A stretch of 48,778 nt of DNA, taken from the NCBI GenBank assembly GCA_964531215.1, contig CAZHFK010000001.1, positions 1-48,778 on the forward strand, written 5' to 3'. Position numbers and translations under genes: made by a program. Under the pieces are notes generated by a model that did not search any database, was not told the DNA's origin, and saw nothing but the letters and a program-made list of their open reading frames with translations. Shown here one piece after another: positions 32,571 through 42,126 of this stretch (position 1 is its first letter; each line of letters starts with the position of its first letter). The stretch comes from an uncultured Gammaproteobacteria bacterium (GTDB taxonomy: Bacteria; Patescibacteriota; Patescibacteriia; CAIXNZ01).

Positions 32571-33947
32571 ATGACAGTTTCATTTAATAAAAATTTTGGG
32601 TTGTTATTGATTTTATCAGCTTTATTAACTGCCGGCTTTACCATAACCAGTGAGTTGTCTTGGTATTTGGCTGCCGGATTATTTTTGATTTTGCTGATTA
32701 TATTTTTTATTAAATACCCGGAAATAGGTATTTATTTGATTGCTTTTTTGTTTCCGTTTAATTATTTTGAATTTGTTTACGGCAGTATTAACGTGCCTTA
32801 TGTGGATTTGATTGCTTTAATTTTATTTATTGCCTGGGGTCTAAAAAGAGTTTATTTGTATTTTGAAAAAGGCCAGAAAATAAATTTAAAAAACTGGCCA
32901 GCCTGGTTTTTTATGCTGGGTTTTGTTCTGGTTTGTCTTGCTTCATTGGTTAATGTGGAAAGAGCTTCATTGTTTTTTTCCATTAAATATCTTTTAAGAC
33001 CGGTTATTTTCTTTTATTTAATGTATGTTATACTGCCTTTTAATATAATTGATAACCTAAAAAAGCTTTTTACTACTTTTAAAGCCATGTTTGCGGTTGG
33101 TATCGGTATTTCTTTGATGGGGATCTGGTCATTGGTTTTTCCGCCGGTTGAAGGCTTGCGCCGAGCCATACCAATTTCAATTTTTGGCACTTATCCTTTG
33201 GGTACCAACCATAATTTGTTGGCTGAAGTTTTTGTCAGTTTGATCCCGATTGCTTTGATTTTATTTTGGCAGGAAAAAGACGTTTTACTGAAAAATATTT
33301 ATTTATTAGGCGCTTTTTTAATGATCGGTGTTAATTTATTGACTTTATCCAGGGGCGGCTGGCTGGCTTTGGGCATTGAATTATTGGTTTTAGCCGCTTT
33401 AAAATACGGCCGGGAAATAAAAAAAGTTTTTGCTTCTTATATTACTTATATTATTTTATTTTTATTAATGCCGGCTTTTTATTTAATGTATCAATTAATG
33501 ACTTCGGCAATAGTGACCAGTTCCAGTTTAGCCAGATTAAAATTAATTGAAATCAGCTGGATTTTATTTCAAGAACATCCTTTCTTGGGCAGCGGTATAG
33601 GTTCTTTTACTAATATCTTATGGCAATTTAACTGGTATATTATTGAATACGGGGGAGTAACCGATGCTCATGGTTTGGCTTTTAAAATAATCGCTGAAAC
33701 AGGCGCTTTGGGTCTTTTAAGCTTTTCAGCTTTATTGGCGTATATTTTATTTGTTTTATTTAAAGGTTATAATCAAAGTAAGCCAACACAGTATTCTTGG
33801 TTAGTTTTGGGGTGTTTAATGGCTGTGATCGGCAGTTTAACTTTTCAAATTTTTGGAACAGGTTATTTTTTGGCTAAATTATGGTTGCCGATCGGCTTGG
33901 CTTTGACAAGTTTAAAATTAACCAATACTTATTTTATCAAAAAATAA
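32571..33947 (+). CDS. O-antigen ligase family (Wzy_C domain) polytopic membrane protein
   Basis: About 11-12 TM helices, and the LLTLSRGGWLALGIELLV segment is typical of Wzy_C / O-antigen ligase / O-oligosaccharyltransferase proteins. Confidence 0.75.
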   Translation: MTVSFNKNFGLLLILSALLTAGFTITSELSWYLAAGLFLILLIIFFIKYPEIGIYLIAFLFPFNYFEFVYGSINVPYVDLIALILFIAWGLKRVYLYFEKGQKINLKNWPAWFFMLGFVLVCLASLVNVERASLFFSIKYLLRPVIFFYLMYVILPFNIIDNLKKLFTTFKAMFAVGIGISLMGIWSLVFPPVEGLRRAIPISIFGTYPLGTNHNLLAEVFVSLIPIALILFWQEKDVLLKNIYLLGAFLMIGVNLLTLSRGGWLALGIELLVLAALKYGREIKKVFASYITYIILFLLMPAFYLMYQLMTSAIVTSSSLARLKLIEISWILFQEHPFLGSGIGSFTNILWQFNWYIIEYGGVTDAHGLAFKIIAETGALGLLSFSALLAYILFVLFKGYNQSKPTQYSWLVLGCLMAVIGSLTFQIFGTGYFLAKLWLPIGLALTSLKLTNTYFIKK

Positions 33948-33951
33948 ATTT

Positions 33952-35049
33952 ATGGCAGAAAAAATAAAAATAGTTTATTTAATAGATACTTTTTACATTG
34001 GTGGCGCTGAAAGGCTTTTATTGGATATTTGTAAAAATATTGATAAAAATAAATTTGAAGTTCATGTTGCGGCTGTTGTTTGCGGCGGATCTTTGGAACA
34101 AGAATTTCGCCAGCTGGATGTTAATGTTGAGGTTTTTAATAAAAAATCAAAATTGGGCTTTGGCTTAATTAAACAGCTGGCAGCTTATTTAAAAGAGATC
34201 CAGCCACAGATTGTGCATACTCATTTATTTGGCGCTGATACTTGGGGCCGATTGGCTGCTATTTTTAGCCGGGTGCCGATTATTATCAGTACTGAACATA
34301 ATATTAATTTAAATGAAAATTGGCTAAAGAAATTTTTAAAATTTATTTTAGCTTGTTTTACCACTAAAATCATTGCTGTTTCCCAAGGAGTTAAAGATTA
34401 TTCGGTTAAAATTGAAAAAATCAAGCCGCAAAAAATTGAAGTTATTTATAACGGGATTGATTTGGCAAAATTTAATTATCGCGGTTATCAGGCTTTAAAA
34501 CCCGCTCAGTCAATTAAAGCCGTGGTTATGGCTCGTTTGGAAAAACAAAAAGGGCATCAATATTTAATTAAAGCTTTGCCTTTAATTATCAAACAATATC
34601 CTAATTTTAAATTGTATGTTGTTGGCTCGGGCAGTTTGGAAGATAAACTTAAAAAACAGGTTGAGCAGTTAAATTTGCAGTCCAATGTAATTTTTAAAGG
34701 AAAAAGCGCCACGCCTGAAAAGATTTTACAGCAAATGGATTTGTTTATTTTACCCTCGGTTTGGGAAGGCTTGGGCATTGCCATTTTGGAAGCCCAGGCT
34801 GTTGGCTTGCCGGTCTTAGCCGGTAATGTACCGGGACTTGATGAAATTATTGAATCAGGTCAAACCGGCTTATTGTTTGAACCTAAAAATTCTGGCGCGA
34901 TTTCTAAAAAAGTCAAAGAATTGCTATCACAGCCCGAATTAGCCGAACAAATGGTTAAACAGGCCAGAGAACAAGTAGAAAACAAGTTTTCTTTAGAGCA
35001 AATGGTTAATAATTATACTGATTTATACTTAAATTTACTTAAAAAATGA
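33952..35049 (+). CDS. GT4-family glycosyltransferase
   Basis: GT-B layout with PSVWEGLGIAILEAQAVGLPVLA (EX7E region). Confidence 0.85.
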   Translation: MAEKIKIVYLIDTFYIGGAERLLLDICKNIDKNKFEVHVAAVVCGGSLEQEFRQLDVNVEVFNKKSKLGFGLIKQLAAYLKEIQPQIVHTHLFGADTWGRLAAIFSRVPIIISTEHNINLNENWLKKFLKFILACFTTKIIAVSQGVKDYSVKIEKIKPQKIEVIYNGIDLAKFNYRGYQALKPAQSIKAVVMARLEKQKGHQYLIKALPLIIKQYPNFKLYVVGSGSLEDKLKKQVEQLNLQSNVIFKGKSATPEKILQQMDLFILPSVWEGLGIAILEAQAVGLPVLAGNVPGLDEIIESGQTGLLFEPKNSGAISKKVKELLSQPELAEQMVKQAREQVENKFSLEQMVNNYTDLYLNLLKK

Positions 35050-35771
35050 CTAAAACCTGGCAAAATTTATACGAAAAAACAAAACCGATTTTAGATAATC
35101 ATTATCCTGGTTATGAATCAGCCAAAGATTATGCCAAACAATTTTTAAATAATAATTTGCAGCAAGGCGATGTTGTTTTGGATTTGGGGTGCGGTGTTCA
35201 TAGCGAGGATTTTGCAGCTGTTAAGCATAAAATAAAATTGGTAGGCGTTGATTTTGATGAGCAGTCAGGCCAAGCCAACCGGCTTTTAGATGAATTTAAA
35301 CAAGCTGATTTAAACAAGACACTGCCATTTAATGATAACAGTTTTGATGTAGTTTATTCGCGTTTTGTGATTGAACATTTGCAAAATCCGACTCAAACTT
35401 ATCAGGAAGTTTGCCGAGTTTTAAAACCGGGGGGGTATTTTATAATTTTAACGCCGAATTTATACAATAAACTGATTTTTTTTAGTAAAATTTTACCGAT
35501 CAGCTTGCATAAGATTTTACGGGCTAAATTAACAGGCGTTAAAGAGGAAGAAGTTTTTCCGACTTATTATCGTTCCAATCGTCCGGCTAAAATTAAAAAA
35601 CAGTTAAAACACAGTGGTTTTAAAAATATTAAAATAATTAAAAAAGGCGGTATGTTTGAATATTTTATGGCTAATAAATTTTTGTTTATTTTAATGATTT
35701 ATTGGGAAAAATTAACCGATTATATTTTTAAGTTCAGCAAATTGCATTTAATTATTATTTGTCAAAAATAA
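35046..35771 (+). CDS. Class I SAM-dependent methyltransferase
   Basis: VLDLGCGVH motif I and LKPGGYFII post-motif. It overlaps the upstream stop by 4 nt. Confidence 0.8.
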   Translation: MTKTWQNLYEKTKPILDNHYPGYESAKDYAKQFLNNNLQQGDVVLDLGCGVHSEDFAAVKHKIKLVGVDFDEQSGQANRLLDEFKQADLNKTLPFNDNSFDVVYSRFVIEHLQNPTQTYQEVCRVLKPGGYFIILTPNLYNKLIFFSKILPISLHKILRAKLTGVKEEEVFPTYYRSNRPAKIKKQLKHSGFKNIKIIKKGGMFEYFMANKFLFILMIYWEKLTDYIFKFSKLHLIIICQK

Positions 35772-35773
35772 TT

Positions 35774-36994
35774 ATGAAAATTTTACAAATTAACAAATTT
35801 TTTTATAAACGAGGCGGGGCAGAAGCGTATATGCTGGCTTTAAGCAATATGTTAAGACAGCAAGGCCATCAAGTGCTTGAATTTGCCATGCATCATCCTG
35901 ATAATCTGGAATCACCTTATAGTGATTATTTTGTTAAACATCTTGATTTTCAAAAAAGGCAAGGGTTTTTTAGTGATTTGAAAAAATCAGCGCATTTGCT
36001 TTATTCTTGGGAAGCCTCTCGTAAATTGGAAAAATTAATAAAAAAAGAAAAACCAGATATCGCTCATTTGCATAATTTTTATTTTCAATTAACCCCGTCA
36101 ATTTTAAAAGTTTTAAAAAAACATAATATTCCCATGGTTTGGACCATGCATGATTATAAGCTGATTTGCCCGAATTACCGTTTATTTACGCAAGGCCGGG
36201 TTTGTGAACGTTGTAAAGTCCATAAATATTATAATTGTTTTACATATAAATGCCTGCAAAATAAGTCCTCTTACAGTTTTTTGGTTATGCTGGAAACATA
36301 TTTGCATAATTTGGTTTTGAAAAGTTATGATCAGATTGACCTGTATATTTCGCCCAGCCGGTTTTTACAGGCTAAAGTGGCGCAATGGGGGATTAATCAG
36401 GAGAAAGTCAGCCAAATTTATAATTTTATTAATTTAAAAGAGTTTGAGCCCGATTATACTCCCGGGCAATATTTGCTTTATTTTGGCCGCTTAGCCGAAG
36501 AAAAAGGGCTTTTATTGCTATTGCAAGCTTTGCGTGAAATGCCGGAACTTAATTTGAAAATAGTTGGTGACGGGCCGCAAAAACAGTTATTAGCCGAATA
36601 TATCAAAGAATATAATGTTAATAATGTGCAATTAATCGGCCATACCACTGGTGATAAATTAAATGATTTGATTAAAAAAGCCAGGTTTGTTGTTTTACCT
36701 TCAATTTGGTATGAAAATAACCCGATTTCTGTTTTGGAAGCTTTTGCCTTGGGCAAACCGGTTATTGCTTCTGATTTAGGCGGTTTGCCTGAATTGGTCA
36801 AGCCCGGCCAAACCGGTTTTATTTTTAAAGCCAATGATTTGACTGATATGAAAAGCCAGATTAGTCAAAATTATAATAATCTTGAGCAAATCAGCCAAAT
36901 GGGCAGACAGGCTCGTTTATTTGTTGAAAAAAACTGTACTCCGCACAAACATTATCAGCAAATTGAAAATATTTATGAAAAATTAAAAAAATAA
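35774..36994 (+). CDS. GT4-family glycosyltransferase
   Basis: MKILQINKFFY..GG start, and PSIWYENNPISVLEAFALGKPVIASDLGGLPELV. ATG 35774 is preferred to the alternative start at 35759. Confidence 0.85.
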   Translation: MKILQINKFFYKRGGAEAYMLALSNMLRQQGHQVLEFAMHHPDNLESPYSDYFVKHLDFQKRQGFFSDLKKSAHLLYSWEASRKLEKLIKKEKPDIAHLHNFYFQLTPSILKVLKKHNIPMVWTMHDYKLICPNYRLFTQGRVCERCKVHKYYNCFTYKCLQNKSSYSFLVMLETYLHNLVLKSYDQIDLYISPSRFLQAKVAQWGINQEKVSQIYNFINLKEFEPDYTPGQYLLYFGRLAEEKGLLLLLQALREMPELNLKIVGDGPQKQLLAEYIKEYNVNNVQLIGHTTGDKLNDLIKKARFVVLPSIWYENNPISVLEAFALGKPVIASDLGGLPELVKPGQTGFIFKANDLTDMKSQISQNYNNLEQISQMGRQARLFVEKNCTPHKHYQQIENIYEKLKK

Positions 36995-37164
36995 TTGACT
37001 TTTATTGGGCAGATTGCTAATTTTAAAGTATAAGTGTTTAGTTTTTTAAGCTCTAAAAAAAGGGGGATTAGCTCCTATTTTTATTGGCAAAAAAACTTGA
37101 CAAAAATACTTTAATATGCTATTCTATAATATCGCTTTAAAAAAGCTAAATTTATAGAAAAATT

Positions 37165-38325
37165 ATGAAAATATACTTTATTGGACAAAAAGGAATACCG
37201 GGCATCTACGGCGGTGTTGAACGCCACGTAGAAGAATTAGCAACTCGTTTAGTCAGAGAAGGCAACGAGGTTTTTGTCTATTGCCGAAATCATTATACGC
37301 CTGAAAAGTTAAAAGAATATAAAGGTGTTAAGTTAATTCATTTGCCAACCATTAAAACCAAATATTTGGATGCTATTACTCATACTTTTTTAGCCAGTTT
37401 GGATGTTTTAAGACGTGATGCCGATATTATTCATTATCAGGCGATTGGCCCGTCTTCTTTACTTTGGATTCCCAAATTATTAAAAAGACAGGCTAAAGTT
37501 TTTTCTACTTTTCATTGTGATGACAGGCAACACCAAAAATGGGGATTTGGGGCCAGAAAATATTTAGGCTTAGGCGCTTATGTTTCAGCCAAATGGCCTG
37601 ATTGCACTATTGGTGTTTCACAAGCTTTATGTAATATTCATGGTCATGAATTCAAATCCGAATTGGAATATATTCCTAATGGTGTGCCGGTTTCGCACAA
37701 AATTGCGCCAAAAGCAATTACTGAAAATTGGGGACTTAATGGCAATGATTATATTTTGGCAGTTTCTCGTTTGATTAAGCACAAAGGTTTGCATCATTTG
37801 ATTGAAGCATATAATGTTTTGGATAATGTCAATAAAAAATTAGTCATTGTCGGTGATACCGGTTATACAGATGGTTATTTGAAGTATTTGCAAGATTTGG
37901 CCGGTAATAATCCCAATATTATTTTTACCGGCAATCAAACCGGTCAAGAATTGGCTGAATTATATTCAAACGCTTATTTATTTGTTCAGCCGTCTGAAGC
38001 CGAAGGTTTTTCCATTGCTTTGCTGGAAGCCATGAGTTATGGTAAAGCGGTTTTATGCAGTGATATCGCGCCGAATAAAGAAGCCGTAGCTGATCTTGGT
38101 TTTATATTTAGAAACAAAGATGTTAATGATTTAAGCCGGTCTTTGGCTTATTTATTGGCTAGTCCCGAAGTTGTTGAATCAGCCGGCCAAAAATTACAAA
38201 ATAGAGTTTATACGGAATATAATTGGGATAAGATTACCCAAAAAACAATGGAGCTTTATAAATCTGTTTTGGGCATGGCTAAAGCTAAAGAATCGGTTCA
38301 GCCGATTAAAGTGGAATCAGCTTAA
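37165..38325 (+). CDS. GT4-family glycosyltransferase
   Basis: GIPGIYGGVERHVEEL N-terminus and PSEAEGFSIALLEAMSYGKAVLCSDI. Confidence 0.85.
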   Translation: MKIYFIGQKGIPGIYGGVERHVEELATRLVREGNEVFVYCRNHYTPEKLKEYKGVKLIHLPTIKTKYLDAITHTFLASLDVLRRDADIIHYQAIGPSSLLWIPKLLKRQAKVFSTFHCDDRQHQKWGFGARKYLGLGAYVSAKWPDCTIGVSQALCNIHGHEFKSELEYIPNGVPVSHKIAPKAITENWGLNGNDYILAVSRLIKHKGLHHLIEAYNVLDNVNKKLVIVGDTGYTDGYLKYLQDLAGNNPNIIFTGNQTGQELAELYSNAYLFVQPSEAEGFSIALLEAMSYGKAVLCSDIAPNKEAVADLGFIFRNKDVNDLSRSLAYLLASPEVVESAGQKLQNRVYTEYNWDKITQKTMELYKSVLGMAKAKESVQPIKVESA

Positions 38326-38349
38326 TATTTTACTCTTTCTTACATATTA

Positions 38350-38390
38350 AAAGTCCCGCACCTTTTTAAAAGGTGCGGGACTTTGTTTTA
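38350..38390. terminator. Bidirectional terminator between convergent genes
   Basis: Hairpin AAAGTCCCGCACCTT-TTTAA-AAGGTGCGGGACTTT with T-rich flanks. Confidence 0.8.
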
Positions 38391-38400
38391 TAAATAATTT

Positions 38401-38685
38401 TTAATCCTCACTTAAAATCGTTTTGGGGTTAGGGGAGTAGAGTTTATTATTGATTTTCCAAGTATCAACATATTGGCCAAGGCCGTATTTATTATTTTTA
38501 TTTTTAATGGTTGTTTTTTTCTGTGACCATTTAAGTAAACTGTCAAAATTTATTTTATACCTGCCTCGGACCACAACATAGCGGATTTCTTGATTTTTAA
38601 TAGCCCGTCTGATTGTTTTTTGATCAACTCCGAATAATTTACCGGCTTCGGAAACAGATAGTCTGATTAGATTAAAATTGGTCAT
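38401..38685 (-). CDS. Helix-turn-helix DNA-binding protein (excisionase/MerR-type HTH)
   Basis: LSVSEAGKLFGVDQKTIRRAIKNQEI pattern. Confidence 0.65.
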   Translation of the reverse strand: MTNFNLIRLSVSEAGKLFGVDQKTIRRAIKNQEIRYVVVRGRYKINFDSLLKWSQKKTTIKNKNNKYGLGQYVDTWKINNKLYSPNPKTILSED

Positions 38686-38797
38686 ATAATTTAAATTATT
38701 TTTAATTTTGACTAGAATAATGTAGACAAATTAAGTATATCAATAAAATAAAAAAATGCCAAATTTGGGCATTTTTTGTTTTATATTTAGTAAATTC

Positions 38798-39820
38798 TTA
38801 GTCAGGTGATTGCATTTTTCGTTGTTTTTGAAATTCCGGACAAGTCAGGCAAGGAATATCTTTCATAGCCGGATCATAAGGCAGATCAGGGCCTTTTTGA
38901 AACAATTGACGCGAGAATTTATAATATTGATTATTCCAAATTTCCGCTAAATCCTGCTTTAAAATATTACCATAAGAAAAGCGGTCAAAATCACGGCCAC
39001 AGCAAGGATAAACACTGCCGTCCGGCCTGATCATCATGCCCAAATAAAGCCAAAAACAAGTTTTATTTGTTTGTTTGGGCCGGTTTTTATCAATACCTGT
39101 TTCCGGTGTATTAAACCCCAGATTTTCCTGCCTGTAAGTAATATGATCAACCCGGTTATCTTTAAGAAATTTATTGATTAAAGGCAATTCTTTTTTTACA
39201 TGATCAAATAAGACAACCTGTACATCAACAAGCGGATATTTGGCTTGGTGTTCGTGTTTATAGCGCATTACGTCTTTAATGCTTTGTTTGACTCTTTCCA
39301 CATCACCGCCAACCCGGTATTTAACATAATTTTCTTGAGTAAAGCCGTCCAAACACGGTTCCAGGACAGTTAACCGGCTGTCAAATAATTGCCGTAAATG
39401 TTCTTTTTGAAAAAGATTAAAATTAGTACTGATCAAGGTGCTGATTTTGTTATCAGAAGCGTATTTGATCATTTTATAAATATCACGATTAAGCAATGGT
39501 TCACCCATATCATATAAAGATGTTCTTAAGGCGACCGGCTTGATTTTATCAACCATAGTTTTAAAATCAGGCAAATCCATTAGCCGTTTTTCTTGGGTTT
39601 GGACTTTTGGGGTATTACAGCTGACACAGCGTAAATTGCACAAAGAACAAGGCTCTATTCTGTAAATAAAAGGCCGGCTAAAACATTTAGCGCTTTTTAG
39701 TTTCATTTCAATCAAAGCCAGCAAAGCATTAACAGCTTTTTTAATAGTTAAAAAAGGCATCAAGGTTTTAAAATGCCGTTTAATATATAAACTTAAATTG
39801 TTATAAGAAGTTAGTATCAT
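38798..39820 (-). CDS. Radical SAM protein with a SPASM/twitch-like C-terminal Cys cluster
   Basis: CNLRCVSC (CX3CX2C) motif. The C-terminus has C..DGSVYPCC and CLTC. Confidence 0.8.
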   Translation of the reverse strand: MILTSYNNLSLYIKRHFKTLMPFLTIKKAVNALLALIEMKLKSAKCFSRPFIYRIEPCSLCNLRCVSCNTPKVQTQEKRLMDLPDFKTMVDKIKPVALRTSLYDMGEPLLNRDIYKMIKYASDNKISTLISTNFNLFQKEHLRQLFDSRLTVLEPCLDGFTQENYVKYRVGGDVERVKQSIKDVMRYKHEHQAKYPLVDVQVVLFDHVKKELPLINKFLKDNRVDHITYRQENLGFNTPETGIDKNRPKQTNKTCFWLYLGMMIRPDGSVYPCCGRDFDRFSYGNILKQDLAEIWNNQYYKFSRQLFQKGPDLPYDPAMKDIPCLTCPEFQKQRKMQSPD

Positions 39821-39967
39821 ATCTTATATAATAACATTTTTAGAATTAAAAGTCAATGCTTGACTTTTAAACAATAAGCTGACAAAATTTATAATAAATA
39901 AGTTAATAATTATTATTAAGCCATTTACCCTTGCTTAGTTATCTATAAATGTTATAATAGTCTAACT

Positions 39968-39992
39968 GTAACATTTTTTTATTTTTATCGTC
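39968..39992 (+). promoter_or_regulatory. ECF-type promoter candidate (GTAAC, 16 nt, CGTC) directly upstream of the sigma gene
   Basis: GTAAC at 39968-39972 and CGTC at 39989-39992. The ATG is at 40000, implying a leaderless or near-leaderless transcript. Confidence 0.4.
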
Positions 39993-39999
39993 TTCTAAG

Positions 40000-40578
40000 A
40001 TGAAAGAACCTAATTTGCAAAATTTGCAAAAAAAATATTTATTATTCAAAGCCAAGAATAAAGATCCCAAAGCTTTTAGTAAAGTTTATGATTTATATGT
40101 AGAAAGGATCTATCGTTTTGTGTACTTTAAAGTCAGCAGTCAGGAACAGGCTCAGGATCTGACTTCGGAAATTTTTTTAAAAATCTGGCAGGCGATTATT
40201 GACGGCAAAGATATTCGTAATTTAAACGCTTTTATTTATAAAGTGGCTCGTAATTTGGTAATTGATTATTATCGCCAGGAAAGGAAAAAAGAAATAGCTT
40301 TGGATCAAGAAGAGGTTGAACAGCAACAAATGACAGCTGTTTTGGATCAAGTAAAAGAAGTGGAGACCAAGCTGGAGGTGGAAAAAATAGAAAGCAAGTT
40401 AAAAGAATTAAAAGATGAATATCGGGAAGTAATTATTTTACGGTTTATTGAAGGGCTGTCAATTAAAGAAATCGCTGAAATAGTTGATAAAAAAATAGGC
40501 ACGGTCAGGGTTATTTTATACCGGGCCATTAATACTTTGAAAGAGCTAATGAGTGAAGATGAAGTGCAGGACAATTAA
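40000..40578 (+). CDS. ECF-family RNA polymerase sigma factor
   Basis: Region 2 (YRFVYFKV...AQDLTSEIFLKIW, DYYR) and region 4 (REVIILRFIEGLSIKEIAEI......TVRVILYRAI). Confidence 0.88.
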   Translation: MKEPNLQNLQKKYLLFKAKNKDPKAFSKVYDLYVERIYRFVYFKVSSQEQAQDLTSEIFLKIWQAIIDGKDIRNLNAFIYKVARNLVIDYYRQERKKEIALDQEEVEQQQMTAVLDQVKEVETKLEVEKIESKLKELKDEYREVIILRFIEGLSIKEIAEIVDKKIGTVRVILYRAINTLKELMSEDEVQDN

Positions 40579-40614
40579 TAAAAAAAATTTAGACAAAAAT
40601 ATTTATATATTTTC

Positions 40615-42066
40615 ATGAAGAAAAAAGAACTCTTAAAACAATTAAATAGTTTAAAAGAAACAGTCAAGCCTGATGCCGAGTGGCAAGCAGATAATCGGGA
40701 GATTTTGTTGAGTCAAATCAATGCTCAGACTCGTTTGGATTTTGCTAAAAATAAATTCAAATTACTGCCCAATCTTTTTCAGCGCAAATTTGCCATGTCA
40801 GTGCTAAAACCAATGGTCAGTTTGATGATTATTTTGGTGTTTGTGTTTGGTGCCTGGACAGCCAGTGTCAGCGCGACCCAAAAAAGCTTGCCCGGTGATT
40901 TGTTTTATAATATTAAATTAACCACTGAAAGGGTTCAGGTTAATTTGACTTTAAATGATGAAAAACGGGCGAATTTGGAAATTGCTTTTGCTCAGCGCCG
41001 TTTGGAAGAAATAGAAAAAATAATAGAGCAAAACGAGCCTTATAATTTGGCTGTTCCTTTGCAAAAATTTCGGGAAAACATGAATAATGTTAAAAGTAAT
41101 TTGGCTAAACTGGAAATCAAAGATAAGGAAAGCGCTGTTAAAATAGCCAATTTAATTGATGAAAAAACAGCCGAATATGTAGAAGTTTTAACTGATCAGC
41201 AAGAAAAATCGCTTGAAGTGGCTTTAAATACCGAAGAGGCGATCACTGCTTCCAAATCCATGGGTGATAAAGCTTTAACATTGATTATTGAAGAATATGA
41301 ACGCGGAGCCGGTGATTTGTCAGAAGAAGAGGTTGAAGAAATTGTTGGTAAAGTGCAAAACAGGCTTGATGATTTGGAAACGTCATTAAATTCGGTCAAA
41401 ACCGACATAGAGCTGATTATTCAAGCTCAAACGGCAGAAGCTGAGCGTTTGGCTAAAGAGGCAAAACAAGCAGCTCAAGCCGCCGAAGAGCAAGCAGCTG
41501 AGGAAGCTGCAGCTGAGGAAACCGCTGAAACAAATAATGAAGAATCAGCAGAATCAGCTGAGCAAGAACAGACAGCAGAAACAGAGACGCCAACAGATGA
41601 TCAATCAGCACAAGAATCAAGTGAAGAATCAGCAGAAACGGCAGAATCAACCGAAGAAACTACTGATTCTGATTCTGAGCAGTCAGCTGAGCCAGCAGAA
41701 TCTAATGATAATGAAGAATCGGATGAGCCAACAGCTAATGAACAAATAACCAATGAAACCGAAACAGAGCAGGCTGAAGATTTGCCTGAAATAGAAGCAA
41801 CCAAGGATTTGCGGGTAGAAGCGCTGACTTTACTGGCAGATGCCAAAAATTTATTAAATGATAAAAAAGTCAGCCAAGCGTTTGCCAAAATCAAGCAGGC
41901 TGATGATTTGGCAAGTTTGATCAATAAAGTGATTTCAGCCAATAGCCAATATTTGGAGCAAGCCAAAGCTGAACAAGAAATTGAATCAAATAAAGAATCA
42001 GATTCAGAATCCGAAGAGGAAAATCCGGCTGATAAAAATTCAGCAGCCCAATTATTGAGTGAATAA
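40615..42066 (+). CDS. Anti-sigma-like membrane protein (DUF5667-type) with a long acidic low-complexity tail
   Basis: One TM helix at about aa 65-85. LPGDLFYNIKLTTERVQVNLT..KRANLEIAFAQRRLEEI is typical of DUF5667. The E/A/S/T-rich region runs from about 41450 to 41760. Confidence 0.6.
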   Translation: MKKKELLKQLNSLKETVKPDAEWQADNREILLSQINAQTRLDFAKNKFKLLPNLFQRKFAMSVLKPMVSLMIILVFVFGAWTASVSATQKSLPGDLFYNIKLTTERVQVNLTLNDEKRANLEIAFAQRRLEEIEKIIEQNEPYNLAVPLQKFRENMNNVKSNLAKLEIKDKESAVKIANLIDEKTAEYVEVLTDQQEKSLEVALNTEEAITASKSMGDKALTLIIEEYERGAGDLSEEEVEEIVGKVQNRLDDLETSLNSVKTDIELIIQAQTAEAERLAKEAKQAAQAAEEQAAEEAAAEETAETNNEESAESAEQEQTAETETPTDDQSAQESSEESAETAESTEETTDSDSEQSAEPAESNDNEESDEPTANEQITNETETEQAEDLPEIEATKDLRVEALTLLADAKNLLNDKKVSQAFAKIKQADDLASLINKVISANSQYLEQAKAEQEIESNKESDSESEEENPADKNSAAQLLSE

Positions 42067-42092
42067 GTTCTTTTCAATTATCCACAAAACTA

Positions 42093-42120
42093 TTGAAAAA
42101 TTCTCTAAATTTTGTATAAT
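42093..42120 (+). promoter_or_regulatory. Promoter with an extended -10 box for the surface-protein gene
   Basis: TTGAAA, 16 nt, TATAAT, preceded by TG (TGTATAAT). Confidence 0.5.
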
Positions 42121-42126
42121 TTGAGT

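Noticed and set aside
41196-42077. ORFs 41196-41408(-), 41453-41650(-), 41537-41749(+) and 41601-42077(-) overlapping the anti-sigma-like gene.
   Set aside because: They arise from the GAA/GCA-rich acidic low-complexity region, which is open in several frames. None has start signals.
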